Positions 12,543 to 23,032 are shown, counted from the stretch's first letter. The stretch: DNA of 64,000 nucleotides from an uncultured virus (IMG/VR IMGVR_UViG_3300046170_000536) (IMGVR_UViG_3300046170_000536), one strand, 5' to 3'. The notes: a model not told the origin generated them from the sequence alone. A program made the numbers and translations.

Positions 12543-14943
12543 ATGGAGGGCCGACAAGCCTACGCCTCCCTTCGATCCAGGAATCCCAACCTCGAGGTCG
12601 AAGAGGCGCCAGGATACCCCTTGGACCTCGACGGCTTCAACCCTCCGTCCTACGGAAACCTAACGCTGAACGAGAGCAGCGTCATGCTGTTCCAGGAGTT
12701 CGCTGACCACGCCTCGGAGGCCACGGACCCCTTCGCGTCCTTCCTCGGCAACGCAACTCCACTATCGGAAGCGCCAAGGCACGCAAAGGCTGCTGTCAAC
12801 GCGGGGTTGAGGGCTCTGGAGGCGGTGAGAGCCCAGCAGCCGCTCGCCCCGGAGATCCTGACACTCGATGCCCAGGGCCTCTTCTGGGACGTGGCCAATG
12901 TGAGCGTCTCGCTGGAGAACGTCCACTCGGTCACGGGCCAGGTCTCTCCGGGCTCCGCGTCCGTCATCTTCACGCAGACGTCCCCGGGGTTCAGCCCGAT
13001 CGTGCCTTCGGTGGTGACGGAGGGGCACGCCGTGGTCGAAGGGCTCCAGGAGGCGTTGGAGACCACCCTCACCGTGACTCTCACCGAGGGGGGGTTGCAC
13101 GCCTCGTCGGGGGTCGCGGTGACCACGCCATCCCTCGACATCCAGGCGAGCGCAACCGCCACCCACGACACCGCCAGCCTCTCGTTCCTGGTCGTTGACC
13201 CAAGGCTCGACTACTCCTCGAGGCCCAAGGAAAGCCAAGCGCCGCAGCGTCGTGGACCGCCCTCGTCCCGGAGGCGTCCGCGAACACGGCAGACCCGAGC
13301 CTTCACCGCCACCTTCCCCGGCCTCGACGAGAACACCCAGCACGACGTGCGCTACCGGGCGGTGAGGAACGGCGTCTCCACCGCCTACCGGACCCTCCAG
13401 GTGTCCACCACGGAGCTGCCCGGGGCCGTCACGGGGCTGTCCTTCACCCAGAGCGGACTCAGGGGCATCGACGTCTCGTGGTCCTCTCCCGTGTCCGTCC
13501 CGCCGGTGGAGTCCTTCAACGTGACATGGGAATACACCTCCACCGGGTACCCCGAGGATGACTCCAGGACGGGGCCGCAGACGGACACGGTCACCTCGCC
13601 GTATAGCATCTCGGGGCTGAACTACGACTCTGCGGTGAGGGTCACGGTGTCTGCCAACAACTCCAACGGGGGCGGGCCTCAGACGCAGCTGGACGCCCAG
13701 ACCGCCGCCACCTCGGCCCCGCCCGCCCCCTCCGCGCCCCTGTTCTCCTCGCACACAGAGGACTCCATCACCGTGTCCTACACCCACGTGGTCCACGAGC
13801 CCGAGGTGCAGACGTACAACGTCAAGGTCACCGACCCGTCCGGGCAGGCTGCCTCGTCCACCCACGTCCACCCCGGGGGAGCGCTGGGGACGGTCGCGCT
13901 CACGGGGCTCAGCCGCCGGCCCGGACAAGCTCTACACCGTCAGCATCGCAGCCGTCAACACCACCGGGGCCTCCGACCCGAGCCCCGAGCTGCAGGCTTA
14001 CACCGCGGACCTCGCCGCGCCGCAGGTTGCCTCGGTGACCTACCAGACCAGCCCCGAAAACATCACGGTCACCTTCTCTGGCGTCTCCGACAACAGCGGC
14101 GGGAGCGTCTCCACCTTCGCCTTCCTGACGGATCAGACCCTGGATGCTGCGGAGGCCCGGGCGGTCACGGAGCTCCCCGGGTACAACGGTGCCGCCGGGC
14201 TGGGCGACGGCACCCTCACCTGCACGACGCTCTTCAACGGGACGGCCTTCGAGGCGGCGGTGCCCAACACGCAGTACACCCTGCACGCCCTCGCCGTCGA
14301 CCGGGTTGGCAACGCCGACCACCGGGTCTTCTACGCGGTGGCCATAGCCGACGACGTCCCCCCGACCGTGAGCGCCAGCCTAACGAGCGCCTCGTCCTCA
14401 GGGGTGTCCATCACCGGGACCTTTGGCGACGACTACTCGTTTCCGGTGAGTCTGACATCGGCTCTCCTGACCGGTGCTGGTGCTCTGTCCGGGGCCCCCT
14501 CGGCCGTCTCGAACTCCGGGGGGGTGTCCAGTCAGAGCTTCACCGTGTCCTTTGCACAGGCATGGGACGGGACGCAGCTGGTCTCTTTGACACCTGGCAT
14601 CCAGGCAAATGTCACCCTGGTGGCAGAGGACAGCTCTGGGAACACGTTCTCTCAGGTGGTGCCGGTGGACATCCCGGACACCACTCCGCCCGTGCTCTCC
14701 GCGAGCGGGGACGCCGGGGCCACCCAGGTCTCTTACACCGTGACCGCTTCGGACGACTCGGGGGGAACTCCCACCCTGTCGGTATTCCTGTCAGCCGCGC
14801 AGCAGACCGCCGTGCCCTCAGGGTTCACGGGGGTGGCCACCGACTATTCGGGCGCTCTAACCACGGCATACGGCACCGACCCCGTGGGTGTGCTCCCCAC
14901 CGCGCAACTTGGCACCACATTCAATCCGAGGGGAGCGCTCTGA
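12543..14943 (+). CDS. FN3/Ig-like repeat surface protein, frameshifted near 13230-13290 and 13910
   Basis: ORF 12543 has FN3 motifs (GIDVSWS, YSISGLNYDS.V.V.A.N) to ~13910; protein-like sequence continues in ORF 14035..14943. Confidence 0.7.
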
Positions 14944-15383
14944 TGGCTTCAACTACTTTTTGGATAATCAAGCTGGGCGTCCCCAGGCTCTCCAGAATGC
15001 ATATGGAGCGCCACTTGGCCATGTACCTCTCCTGCGCCTCCTGGAGGTTGTCTTTCCCCTGCTTATTCATCTTACTTTTCCACCACGCGCCGGGTCTGAA
15101 GCCTCGGTCGAAGAACACGCCCAGGGTTTAGTTCCTCGGCGATGACCACCACCGGAGACACCTCGAACCCGTTGTAGTCGCCCGGTCCCATCGTGAGCGC
15201 ACAAGGCTTGAACCAGTACGCGAGAAGCTCCCAAACCACATCCAAATGGCCCTTCGCGCTCGCACGGTGAAGTGGCGTCTCCATAAAGTGCTTGGGTCCG
15301 GCGCCCATCGCCAGCCAGCGGCGCACCTCCACCAGATCCCCCACCTCGGCGGCGCTCAGGAGGGCGGCGTCGCATTGGTCCAT
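14921..15383 (-). CDS. ankyrin-repeat protein, one frameshift near 15123
   Basis: ALLSAAEVGDLVEVRRWLAMGA and TPLHRASAKGHLDVVWELL ankyrin motifs; continues into ORF 14921..15118 if one base is removed from a C/G run. Confidence 0.7.
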
Positions 15384-15393
15384 GGTGGTTCGA

Positions 15394-15440
15394 TTTTTGT
15401 GGAACGTTCCTAAAAATTCTTGTGGAACATTCCAAAAAAT
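15394..15440. promoter_or_regulatory. divergent intergenic region with two tandem near-palindromic sites
   Basis: ttgtGGAACGTTCCtaaaaat followed by ttgtGGAACATTCCaaaaaat between ATGs at 15383(-) and 15441(+). Confidence 0.45.
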
Positions 15441-16255
15441 ATGGAGAAGCAGAGGGAGTGGGTCGCGGCCATCGAGGAGCTCGTCTCCGAGCACAACGCC
15501 TGCATGTCGCCGGAGATGGCGCGGGTGGCGCAGTACTTCCCGAGCCTCGACGCCGCCCCGCCGGTCGTGCAGCGCGTGGTTCGGTCCTGGGGGAAGCCGA
15601 TCGAGCCGGGGGCGCCCATCGTGTGCATGGGCGAGAGCGACGGCGGGGCTACCGCTACAAACGCACCACTGGGGCTGCTCGAGTTCTCGCAGGCGTGCAA
15701 CCAGTGCGAGGTGAACTGCCTGCTGGCGGACGCTGCCCTCCGGAGCGTGGTGCCCGACGTTCTCACGGCCATCTGGGGGCGCCCGCTGGACCTCACCCTC
15801 AACCCGCTGGTCTACAACTGCTTCAAGGGAGGACTGGAGCCACTGCTCGCGTACGCCTCGCAGGATCCCATGCCGTGCAAGGACCCGCTTGGGGGGCACG
15901 CAATCCTGGCGGCGTACTTCCCTGGAGGAGCCATGGTGACCATCGACCCCAGCATCAGGCAGCTGGCTCACACGTTCCGAGGAGGCCACCGGACCGATGG
16001 TGAAGGTTGAGACCCTCGAGAAGGCACCGGCCGGGGGAGCTTCATGCGCTCGCCCCCCGCGCGGAGGAGATGGCAAAAACCATGACCGAGACCATGCAGC
16101 TCACACCGGAGAACGCCCCCCGCATGAAGGACCTCTACCGCCGCATCGGCTGGGACCCGTCGCTCGTCCGGCCATCGCGATACTCACCGGAGGCCATCCG
16201 CGACGCGGCTCTCCGTGGAAGGGCCTTGATAGATTGTCTTATTATCAAAAAATAG
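15441..16255 (+). CDS. hypothetical protein, frameshifted near 15980-16040
   Basis: ORF from MEKQREW continues through ORFs 15997 and 16007..16255. Confidence 0.55.
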
Positions 16256-16676
16256 CCTCAATGAAACTAAGCAGAAACATGAACATGGCCACCTGGCCCA
16301 GGCCGATCTCGAGCTGCTCGGGGAGGCCCTTGGGGTTGTACCACGGGATGGTCAGGCTTGTGATCATGCCGAAGTACAGACACACCGCCGCCACCAGCGT
16401 GAGACACGGCGCCGGGTGTTGCTGCAGCTGCTCCACGACGTTCAGCCCCGTCTCCGACGCGACCGCCGGTCCGAGGATCTGACCGGCCATGGCGCAGCGC
16501 GCGTTGATGACCTCCGCCACGAACCAGTGCTTGGCGATGGGCTTGCCGTTGTTGCCCTTGGGAGGCTTGCCGTTGGTGCCCTTGGGAGGCTTGCCGGGGT
16601 TGATCGGGCAGCTTGGCGGTGGGAGGCCGAGGACGCGCTCGAGGTGGTGGATGGTCACCTTGACGGGGGGCTGCAT
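16245..16676 (-). CDS. ELIP/LHC-family (chlorophyll a/b-binding-like) three-helix protein
   Basis: AEVINARCAMAG..TGLNVVEQL matches the LHC helix motif ExxNGRxAMxG; central hydrophobic helix; degenerate third helix LEIGLGQVAM..LLSFIEA. Confidence 0.7.
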   Translation of the reverse strand: MQPPVKVTIHHLERVLGLPPPSCPINPGKPPKGTNGKPPKGNNGKPIAKHWFVAEVINARCAMAGQILGPAVASETGLNVVEQLQQHPAPCLTLVAAVCLYFGMITSLTIPWYNPKGLPEQLEIGLGQVAMFMFLLSFIEAIF

Positions 16677-16691
16677 GGTGATTTGGAATTA

Positions 16692-16699
16692 TCAATTTT
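16692..16699 (-). promoter_or_regulatory. AAAATTGA motif (Mimivirus-type early promoter element)
   Basis: tcaatttt on + strand reads AAAATTGA on - strand, 15 nt upstream of the ELIP-like ATG. Confidence 0.45.
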
Positions 16700-16738
16700 G
16701 CAAAATGGGTACCGCAGCTTGACCGATGACTCCTGCAA

Positions 16739-17863
16739 ATGGCCACCCCCCTGGCGTACGTGTCAACCAATGGTTACTTCAAGAGCTCCACGGGTGTCAT
16801 CAGGAAACCCATGCCGGCCAAGGGCCAACTGTACCCCTCTGTGACTATCAACAACATCAAAGTTCAGTTCTCTGTCCTGGTCAATGCCGTCATCAACCGA
16901 GACCAGTGGACGCCGGAGAAGACCCTGACGGAGCACATTGACAACGACAAGACCAACAACAAGTCGGACAACCTGAAGTTTGGGTCCCTCAAGACCAACG
17001 CCCAGGCAGCCATCGACGCCGGGAGGTCGTCCAGCTCCGACCAGATGTCCAGGCCAATCCTCGGGGCCAAAGATGGCACCGACGACTGGATCGAGTACAA
17101 AAGCGCAACCGTGCCTGCCAAGGAGCTCAACCTGAGTCAGGGCAATATCATCAACGTCCTGAAGGGAAAGAAGAAGACCACCGGCGGGTACATTTTTCGT
17201 TACCAGGAGCAGCCGGACCTCCCCGGCGAGGTGTGGAAGGACGCCGGTCACGGCTGCAAGGTCTCAAATATGATGCGGTTCCAGGACAGCGACGGACACC
17301 GCAAGGTGCCGAAGCCGACCGAGAACGGCACGCGGGTCGTTAAGATCAACGGCAAGCAACAACTCTTCCACAGGGTCGTGGCGCTCGCCTTTTGTCCAAA
17401 TGATGACCCTGAGACCAAGATTGAGGTGGACCACCTGGACTTCGACCCTTCGAACTGCCTGCCGGAGAACTTGGAGTGGGTGACTCACGCTGAAAACATC
17501 AGGCGCTCTTATCGGAACAACAAGAAGCGCAAGTCTAATGGTCCTGAGCGGAGCAAGCCGGTGAAGGCGTTCAAGAGTGACGGGTCCTTCGCCGGGGAGT
17601 ACGGTCACCAACGGGAGGCTGCGGAGGCGCTGGGGATGGGCCACATGAGCGTACGGGTCTCGGCGAAGGCTCACCAGGGGGAGAACAAGCTCCTGTACAG
17701 AAAGGGTTACCGCTTCGAGTACGTCCCTCCCTCGGCCGACATCGACTACGGCGAGTGGTACCCGGTGATGCAGGACGATTTAATTTTCATCGTGACCAAA
17801 TGCCACGGCTCGGAACGAAGACGTGCTATTAAATTTCCTCAAGCCAACCAAGATTTTTCCTGA
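16739..17863 (+). CDS. HNH homing endonuclease with two HNH and two NUMOD1-like modules (copy 1)
   Basis: EHIDNDKTNNKSDNL; HRVVALAF..DHLDFDPSNCLPENLEWVTHAEN; EYKSATVPAKELNLSQGNI..LKGKKKTTGGY. Confidence 0.85.
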   Translation: MATPLAYVSTNGYFKSSTGVIRKPMPAKGQLYPSVTINNIKVQFSVLVNAVINRDQWTPEKTLTEHIDNDKTNNKSDNLKFGSLKTNAQAAIDAGRSSSSDQMSRPILGAKDGTDDWIEYKSATVPAKELNLSQGNIINVLKGKKKTTGGYIFRYQEQPDLPGEVWKDAGHGCKVSNMMRFQDSDGHRKVPKPTENGTRVVKINGKQQLFHRVVALAFCPNDDPETKIEVDHLDFDPSNCLPENLEWVTHAENIRRSYRNNKKRKSNGPERSKPVKAFKSDGSFAGEYGHQREAAEALGMGHMSVRVSAKAHQGENKLLYRKGYRFEYVPPSADIDYGEWYPVMQDDLIFIVTKCHGSERRRAIKFPQANQDFS

Positions 17864-18417
17864 GCTTCAAGGGCTCGGGGGCACTTCGGCCAACCCTCTT
17901 GGCAGCTATGTGCTCTATTTTTGAAACGATGTACTCCTTAACGTCATCAGCAACGTTGAAGATCCCAGTCCCCAGGGTCCTTCCGTCGTCCTCGCAGCTG
18001 TAGACAATTCGACGCGCTCCCTGATCCACCAGCGCCTCCAGCTGCCCGAGGCCGTAGTCGATCGCGTGCTTGGCGGTCGCGTCCAGCCTCTGGAACCCTC
18101 TTCCGTTGTCGCCCGTGGGGATTCCTACCGCGAGCGGGCGGCCACCGGTGTGCTTCGGTGTGAAGTGCGCGAGGGGGCCGGATCACCGCGTTCCCGCCGC
18201 CGGGCTTTGTGTCCGCGGAGACCATGGCGGTGACGTTGTCGTTGTACACCATAACTGTCCGCGAGAGCTCGGTGAAGTAGCACAACTCCTCGTGGTTCAA
18301 GCCCTCGGAGTAAGCCTTGTGATACAGCCGCGGGTATGCGGCGGCCGGCACCGAGAAGTCGTGCCAAGGGTGACCGGGCTCGTACGTCACGGGGCAGAGC
18401 TCGATGCGCTTGCGCAT
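17829..18417 (-). CDS. hypothetical protein, possibly macro-domain-like (phage DUF7831/A1-like); one frameshift near 18175
   Basis: VYNDN..GGGNAVIRP..AVGIPTG..LGTGIF motifs after joining ORFs 17947..18474 and 17829..18029. Confidence 0.5.
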
Positions 18418-18442
18418 TTTTTTTCTGATTTTTAATAAAACA

Positions 18443-19231
18443 ATGAGCACGGTACCTTTGCTCCAACATAACAACCTGATGAATCAGCAGCCCCAGGGAG
18501 GACAACAAAATCCCATTGGAAGCATTGGCAGCATTGTAAGAGAGGTTCCACAGATCATTGGCCGCATAATAGGGGGGGGTCGGGATCGCCAAAAATACCA
18601 CAAGCTTCATCGTCAACCATATCAAGAGAAAGTGGTAGCGACCTCAGCCCCAGGCACAGGCACAAGAATATCTGTTGTCAACCCGTTATTTGGACCTTCT
18701 TCGGGCTCAGCACCAGAACCAGCATCAGCATCACAGATGAAATTCAACCCGTTATTTAAACTTTCTTCGGGCTCAGGAGTGGTGGATACTTTCCATCTTC
18801 CAAATACATCAATATTAAATCAAATTCTTCCTCAAAATAAGCATAAAGCTAAAAATCGGAGCAAAGCAGAGGCGGTGCAGAGTGAATTAAACCAGGGAAT
18901 ACAGACACATCAGGGTCCCGTGGTCCAGCCCAAAGCCCCAGGAAGAATCTATATTTGGTCACGAGGGGGGGAAATTGCCGCAGCCACGGCTGGTCTTGTT
19001 GGCATCGCTGGACTTGGGCTCGCTGCTTCGCGGGGTCGAAAACCCGCTCCGCCCCCACCACCGCCACCGCCACCGCCACCGCCTCCGCCCCCACCCCCAC
19101 CACCGCCTCTGTTTGACCAAAATTTTGCTCTGCAGGCTGCTACAGCGGTTCCAGTTGCAGCGCTCACGGCGGTCGCTGCCAAGCGTCTTCTCGCAAAGAA
19201 GAAGAAGAAGAAGCTTAAGGCGAGGCGGTAG
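18443..19231 (+). CDS. proline-rich membrane protein with basic tail
   Basis: Hydrophobic IAAATAGLVGIAGLGLAA, long poly-Pro run (~19047-19107), second hydrophobic stretch, KKKKKK tail. Confidence 0.6.
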   Translation: MSTVPLLQHNNLMNQQPQGGQQNPIGSIGSIVREVPQIIGRIIGGGRDRQKYHKLHRQPYQEKVVATSAPGTGTRISVVNPLFGPSSGSAPEPASASQMKFNPLFKLSSGSGVVDTFHLPNTSILNQILPQNKHKAKNRSKAEAVQSELNQGIQTHQGPVVQPKAPGRIYIWSRGGEIAAATAGLVGIAGLGLAASRGRKPAPPPPPPPPPPPPPPPPPPPPLFDQNFALQAATAVPVAALTAVAAKRLLAKKKKKKLKARR

Positions 19232-19244
19232 GGTATGGAAAACC

Positions 19245-19862
19245 ATGGGGTTCGCCCACTACGAAAGGTTCCTGAGAGACACCTCCGACCTGCGGCGCTT
19301 TGTCAAGGCGCTCGACTGGTCTGCTCCCAGGGAGACCATCCAGATCTTGGGCAAGACCGGCAACATCAACAGGGACATCATGTGGTTCGGGGAGTACGAC
19401 AGCTCCGGGAGATACCCCGTGTATCGCACGGACAAGTGGTCTCAGAGGCGACTCAGGCCAAAGAACGACGACGGCCTGGACGAGGCGAAGGTCCCGGAGC
19501 CCATTCCCGACTTCCTGAGAGAGCTCTGCTTGAAGCTGTCTGAAGAATTCGGCTGTCGCTTCAACCACGTGGTGATCCAGAGGTACCTGATGTCCAAGGA
19601 CAACATCTCGTGGCACCACGACAAGGACTTTGACATCAAGCCGGGCACCCACATCGTCTGCTTGTCCCTGGGCTCAGACCGCATCTTTGGTGTGAAGAAC
19701 CGTCACGCGACGAGGAAGATGACCGTGTCGGACGGCGACGTCGTGGTCTTCAACACGGCCTTCAACAAGAGGCACAAGCACACGATCTATCCGGGGAAGC
19801 CGGGCGCTGCCGTGCGCTATTCCCTCTCTTTCCGGTGCATAGAAACGATGAGTAAAAAATAG
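19245..19862 (+). CDS. alkB: AlkB-family 2OG-Fe(II) dioxygenase
   Basis: FNHVVIQRY..DNISWHHD (HxD), IVCLSLG..R.F, HKH, RYSLSFR. Confidence 0.85.
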   Translation: MGFAHYERFLRDTSDLRRFVKALDWSAPRETIQILGKTGNINRDIMWFGEYDSSGRYPVYRTDKWSQRRLRPKNDDGLDEAKVPEPIPDFLRELCLKLSEEFGCRFNHVVIQRYLMSKDNISWHHDKDFDIKPGTHIVCLSLGSDRIFGVKNRHATRKMTVSDGDVVVFNTAFNKRHKHTIYPGKPGAAVRYSLSFRCIETMSKK

Positions 19863-19890
19863 TGTATATCTGAATAAAGGTATGAGAAGG
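19620..19890 (+). repeat. direct repeat copy A (alkB 3' half, intergenic, ATGAGAAGG)
   Basis: Near-identical to 21402..21660. Confidence 0.9.
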
Positions 19891-19918
19891 GTCCACTCTT
19901 TTTTTCTGGACCATACGT

Positions 19919-21340
19919 ATGAAGCTCAAACCCCACCAGGACAAGGTTGTCAAACAGTTCAAGGACGGCACCAGAGGTTTACTCGTTTACCATGGCCTTG
20001 GCTCAGGCAAAACCATCACCTCCATAGCGTGTGGAGAGGTTTTCCCTAATATGAAAAAGACGGTCGTCGTGCCCGCTTCTCTTCAGGACAACTTCCGCAA
20101 AGAGATTGCCAAGGTGGGCGCCCCAAGCTCCAAGTATAGCGTGGTCTCTTACGAGATGTTCGCCAAGAGGAACACCCCCGTCACAGATGGCTTTGTCATC
20201 TTCGACGAGGCCCACCGGTTGAGGAACTCTTCCGGTCATGTGGCATCGGCATGCATCTTCAACGCACAGCAAGCCGAACGCATCCTTCTACTGTCCGGTA
20301 CACCGATTGTGAACTATCCAACGGATATCGTCCCCTTGTTCAGGTTGATCGCTCCGGGCTCCCTCCCCGGGCCTACGATTTTCAACAGGACCTTCCTGTA
20401 CAAAGAGGCTTCTGTGCGCAGGGTACCCATCAAAGTCTTGGGTGTCAAGATCCGCGAGGTCAAGGTGCTCGCCTCGGAGACCCGTCTCATAAACCGGTCC
20501 CAGCTGCTGAATGCCCTAAAAGGCCTGGTGTCTTTTTATGACGGCAAGAGCAGCTCCCCAAACAACTACCCTCGCCACACCGAACGCTTCATCAGGGTCC
20601 CTATGAGCCAGGAACAAGAGGATATGCATATCAAAGCGGCCAAAAACACCTTGACCAACAGAGAGGTTGCCATGATACGTGGGGGGGTCACCACGAACAT
20701 GGAAGGCAACTCGTCCGACACCTCCAAACGCATCAACTCATTCCTGAACAAGACGCGCCAGATTGTGAACATGTCCCCCGGCGACGGTCTCAGTCCGAAG
20801 ATGACCGCCATAGCAGCCACCGTGCGCGAAGGTCCTTTGCCCGCCGTGGTCTACTCGAATTTTAAATCCGCTGGCGTGCTGCGTCTGGCCGATGAGCTCA
20901 AACAGACACACAGGGTTGCTGTATTCACCGGGGAGGAGTCGAAGGCCGTAAAGAAGAAAATGGTTGCGGACTTCAATGACAAGAAGATAGACGTTATGCT
21001 CATCACTGCTTCTGGTTCAGAGGGGTTGGACCTCAAGCGCACCAGGCAGATGCATGTCATGGAGCCCCACTGGAACCAGTCCCGCCTCGATCAGGCTATA
21101 GGTCGCGCTATTCGCTACAAGTCACATGACAACCTCTCCAAGGACAAGCAACATGTGGATGTTTATCACTGGCTGAGCGTCTTCGCCCCCATGACTCGAG
21201 TTCAGTACATCAAATCGCTGGTTACGGGGAATGACATTAGCCTTCGAGTCTCAAGTGACGAGTATCTCCTGAAGATTTCCCAGAAGAAGACCCAGCTCAA
21301 TCAGAAGTTTGAAAAGGTACTTCACGAGGCCTCAATATAA
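19919..21340 (+). CDS. SF2/SNF2-like helicase (NCLDV D6/D11-type)
   Basis: HGLGSGKT, DEAH, LLSGTP, SEGLDLK, EPHWN..QAIGRAIRYKSH. Confidence 0.9.
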   Translation: MKLKPHQDKVVKQFKDGTRGLLVYHGLGSGKTITSIACGEVFPNMKKTVVVPASLQDNFRKEIAKVGAPSSKYSVVSYEMFAKRNTPVTDGFVIFDEAHRLRNSSGHVASACIFNAQQAERILLLSGTPIVNYPTDIVPLFRLIAPGSLPGPTIFNRTFLYKEASVRRVPIKVLGVKIREVKVLASETRLINRSQLLNALKGLVSFYDGKSSSPNNYPRHTERFIRVPMSQEQEDMHIKAAKNTLTNREVAMIRGGVTTNMEGNSSDTSKRINSFLNKTRQIVNMSPGDGLSPKMTAIAATVREGPLPAVVYSNFKSAGVLRLADELKQTHRVAVFTGEESKAVKKKMVADFNDKKIDVMLITASGSEGLDLKRTRQMHVMEPHWNQSRLDQAIGRAIRYKSHDNLSKDKQHVDVYHWLSVFAPMTRVQYIKSLVTGNDISLRVSSDEYLLKISQKKTQLNQKFEKVLHEASI

Positions 21341-21401
21341 GCTACGAGTTCGTCGTCTCCAAGGAAGCGCTTGACGTCCCTGCTGGCCATGATACCCCGA
21401 T

Positions 21402-21660
21402 GACAAGGACTTCGACATCAAGCCGGGCACCCACATCGTCTGCCTGTCCCTGGGCGGGGGCCGCACCTTTGGGGTGAAGAACCGTCACGCGACGAGGAAG
21501 ATGACCGTGTCGGACGGCGACATCGTGGCCTTCAACAAGAGGCACAAGCACACGATACTGCCAGGGAGGGGATACGCGACTGTGCGCTATTCTCTCTCAT
21601 TCCGCTGCATAGAGACGATGAGCAAAAAATAGTGTATATCTGAATAAAGGTATGAGAAGG
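21402..21660 (+). pseudogene. 5'-truncated alkB duplicate (direct repeat copy B)
   Basis: Encodes DKDFDIKPGTHIVCLSLG..RYSLSFRCIETMSKK with a 12-nt deletion; lacks the N-terminal half. Confidence 0.85.
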
Positions 21661-22461
21661 ATCATTCACTCGTACTGGTCTGGGTCACCCAACGCCGTAG
21701 TAGATGCTTGTTTCGAGAGGATGCGGGCTGTGAACCCAGGGTGGGAGGTCGTTGTACATAGGGACCTGTCGGAAGCGGAGCCCTGCGAGGGCTTCGACAG
21801 GCTCGAGACCATCCAGGCGAAGGTTGATTGGCTGCGCATCTGTCTGGTATGCAAGACCGGCGGGCTCTGGCTCGACGCCTCCACAGTTTGCTTGGAGTCC
21901 GTGGAGACGTGGCTGGACGTCAGCGAGCGCCGTGTGGTTGGCTTCGGGTGCCCCATAGACAATAACATCCTGGAGAACTGGGCGTTCGCGGCGCACGCCG
22001 GGCACCCGCTGATTGTTGCCTGGAAGGCGGAGTTCGCTCGTGCCATCGCGATGGGGTTCGACCGGTACAAGCTCGAGCACGACCCCAGCGAGAAGGTCTA
22101 CCCGGAGCTCCCCTACCTGAGCATGCACGCCGCCTACTCTCGGGTTCACGACCCCGAGAAGGTCTTCATGCGTGACGCGCTCGACGAGCACTACGGTCCC
22201 TTTTACTACCAGAGCAAGCACAATGAGCAGCCGACCCGCTTCGTCGCGACGCTGCTGCTGTTCTTCCGGTGCGAGCGCCACCCTCCGCTCCTGAAGATGA
22301 CCGGGGAACAACGAGGGCACACCACGCGGTTGCATTACATCGTCCCGGTGTTCCCCGGGAGCTTCCTCGACAGGTACCTCGGTTTGACGACGACGCCCAC
22401 CGCCCTCGCCCTGGTGTTAATAATTGTATTCACATTTCTGCGTTTGCAAAGGCGCGGTTGA
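21652..22461 (+). CDS. DXD-type glycosyltransferase (GT32/capsular polysaccharide synthesis-like) with C-terminal TM helix
   Basis: RIIHSYW, NPGWEV, DWLRI..GGLWLDAS, ENWAFAA..HPLI..WK. Confidence 0.8.
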   Translation: MRRIIHSYWSGSPNAVVDACFERMRAVNPGWEVVVHRDLSEAEPCEGFDRLETIQAKVDWLRICLVCKTGGLWLDASTVCLESVETWLDVSERRVVGFGCPIDNNILENWAFAAHAGHPLIVAWKAEFARAIAMGFDRYKLEHDPSEKVYPELPYLSMHAAYSRVHDPEKVFMRDALDEHYGPFYYQSKHNEQPTRFVATLLLFFRCERHPPLLKMTGEQRGHTTRLHYIVPVFPGSFLDRYLGLTTTPTALALVLIIVFTFLRLQRRG

Positions 22462-23032
22462 CCTGCTGGGTCACCGATGACGACGACGCCGACTCCTCGT
22501 CAATCGGGTCGTGGATGTTCACGGGCAGGTTGTAGATCCATGCCGTTGACGTGTGCCTCATGGTCGAGTTCGCCACCCTGGCCTCCTCGTAGCACCACCG
22601 TTGCACATCCTTGAGCAGGTCGGTGCACAGGGTGCGCAGTGGCGCCGAGAGCGAGTTGTCGGCCGTCGACCTCAGTATCGACCCCACCGTCTTGTGGATC
22701 TCCAGCAGTCGCGCGAAGGCGGCCGATGTGTCGCCGAAGCTGTCTCCGACGCGCAGGTTGTGGTGCGCGGCCGAGATGTCCGGCAACGTCAGGACAACCC
22801 CCTGCACCACGCAATGCGTGACTGTGGCCTCGACCAGTGACATGTACGACCGGTACCTCGAGCGGAGGAGCTTCAGGAAGGCTTCGGGTTGGGGGTTCTG
22901 AGCCAGGGAAAAGTGCGCGTGGAGAGCGAAGCATCCCCAGAAGGCTGTCCCAAGGCTCTTCACCAGGGTTTCATAGCTCATCTTGTCCGACTCGTTGGTC
23001 GACACGCATGGGCTGTGCACATTGCCGAACAT
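22430..23032 (-). CDS. hypothetical protein
   Basis: ORF with ATG after an AT-rich intergenic; fills the gap between neighbours. Confidence 0.55.
   Translation of the reverse strand: MFGNVHSPCVSTNESDKMSYETLVKSLGTAFWGCFALHAHFSLAQNPQPEAFLKLLRSRYRSYMSLVEATVTHCVVQGVVLTLPDISAAHHNLRVGDSFGDTSAAFARLLEIHKTVGSILRSTADNSLSAPLRTLCTDLLKDVQRWCYEEARVANSTMRHTSTAWIYNLPVNIHDPIDEESASSSSVTQQVNRAFANAEM

Noticed and set aside
13920..15131. Arg-rich C-terminal half of the 862-aa ORF as a real basic domain
   Set aside because: Out-of-frame read-through after a frameshift; the true frame is ORF 14035..14943.
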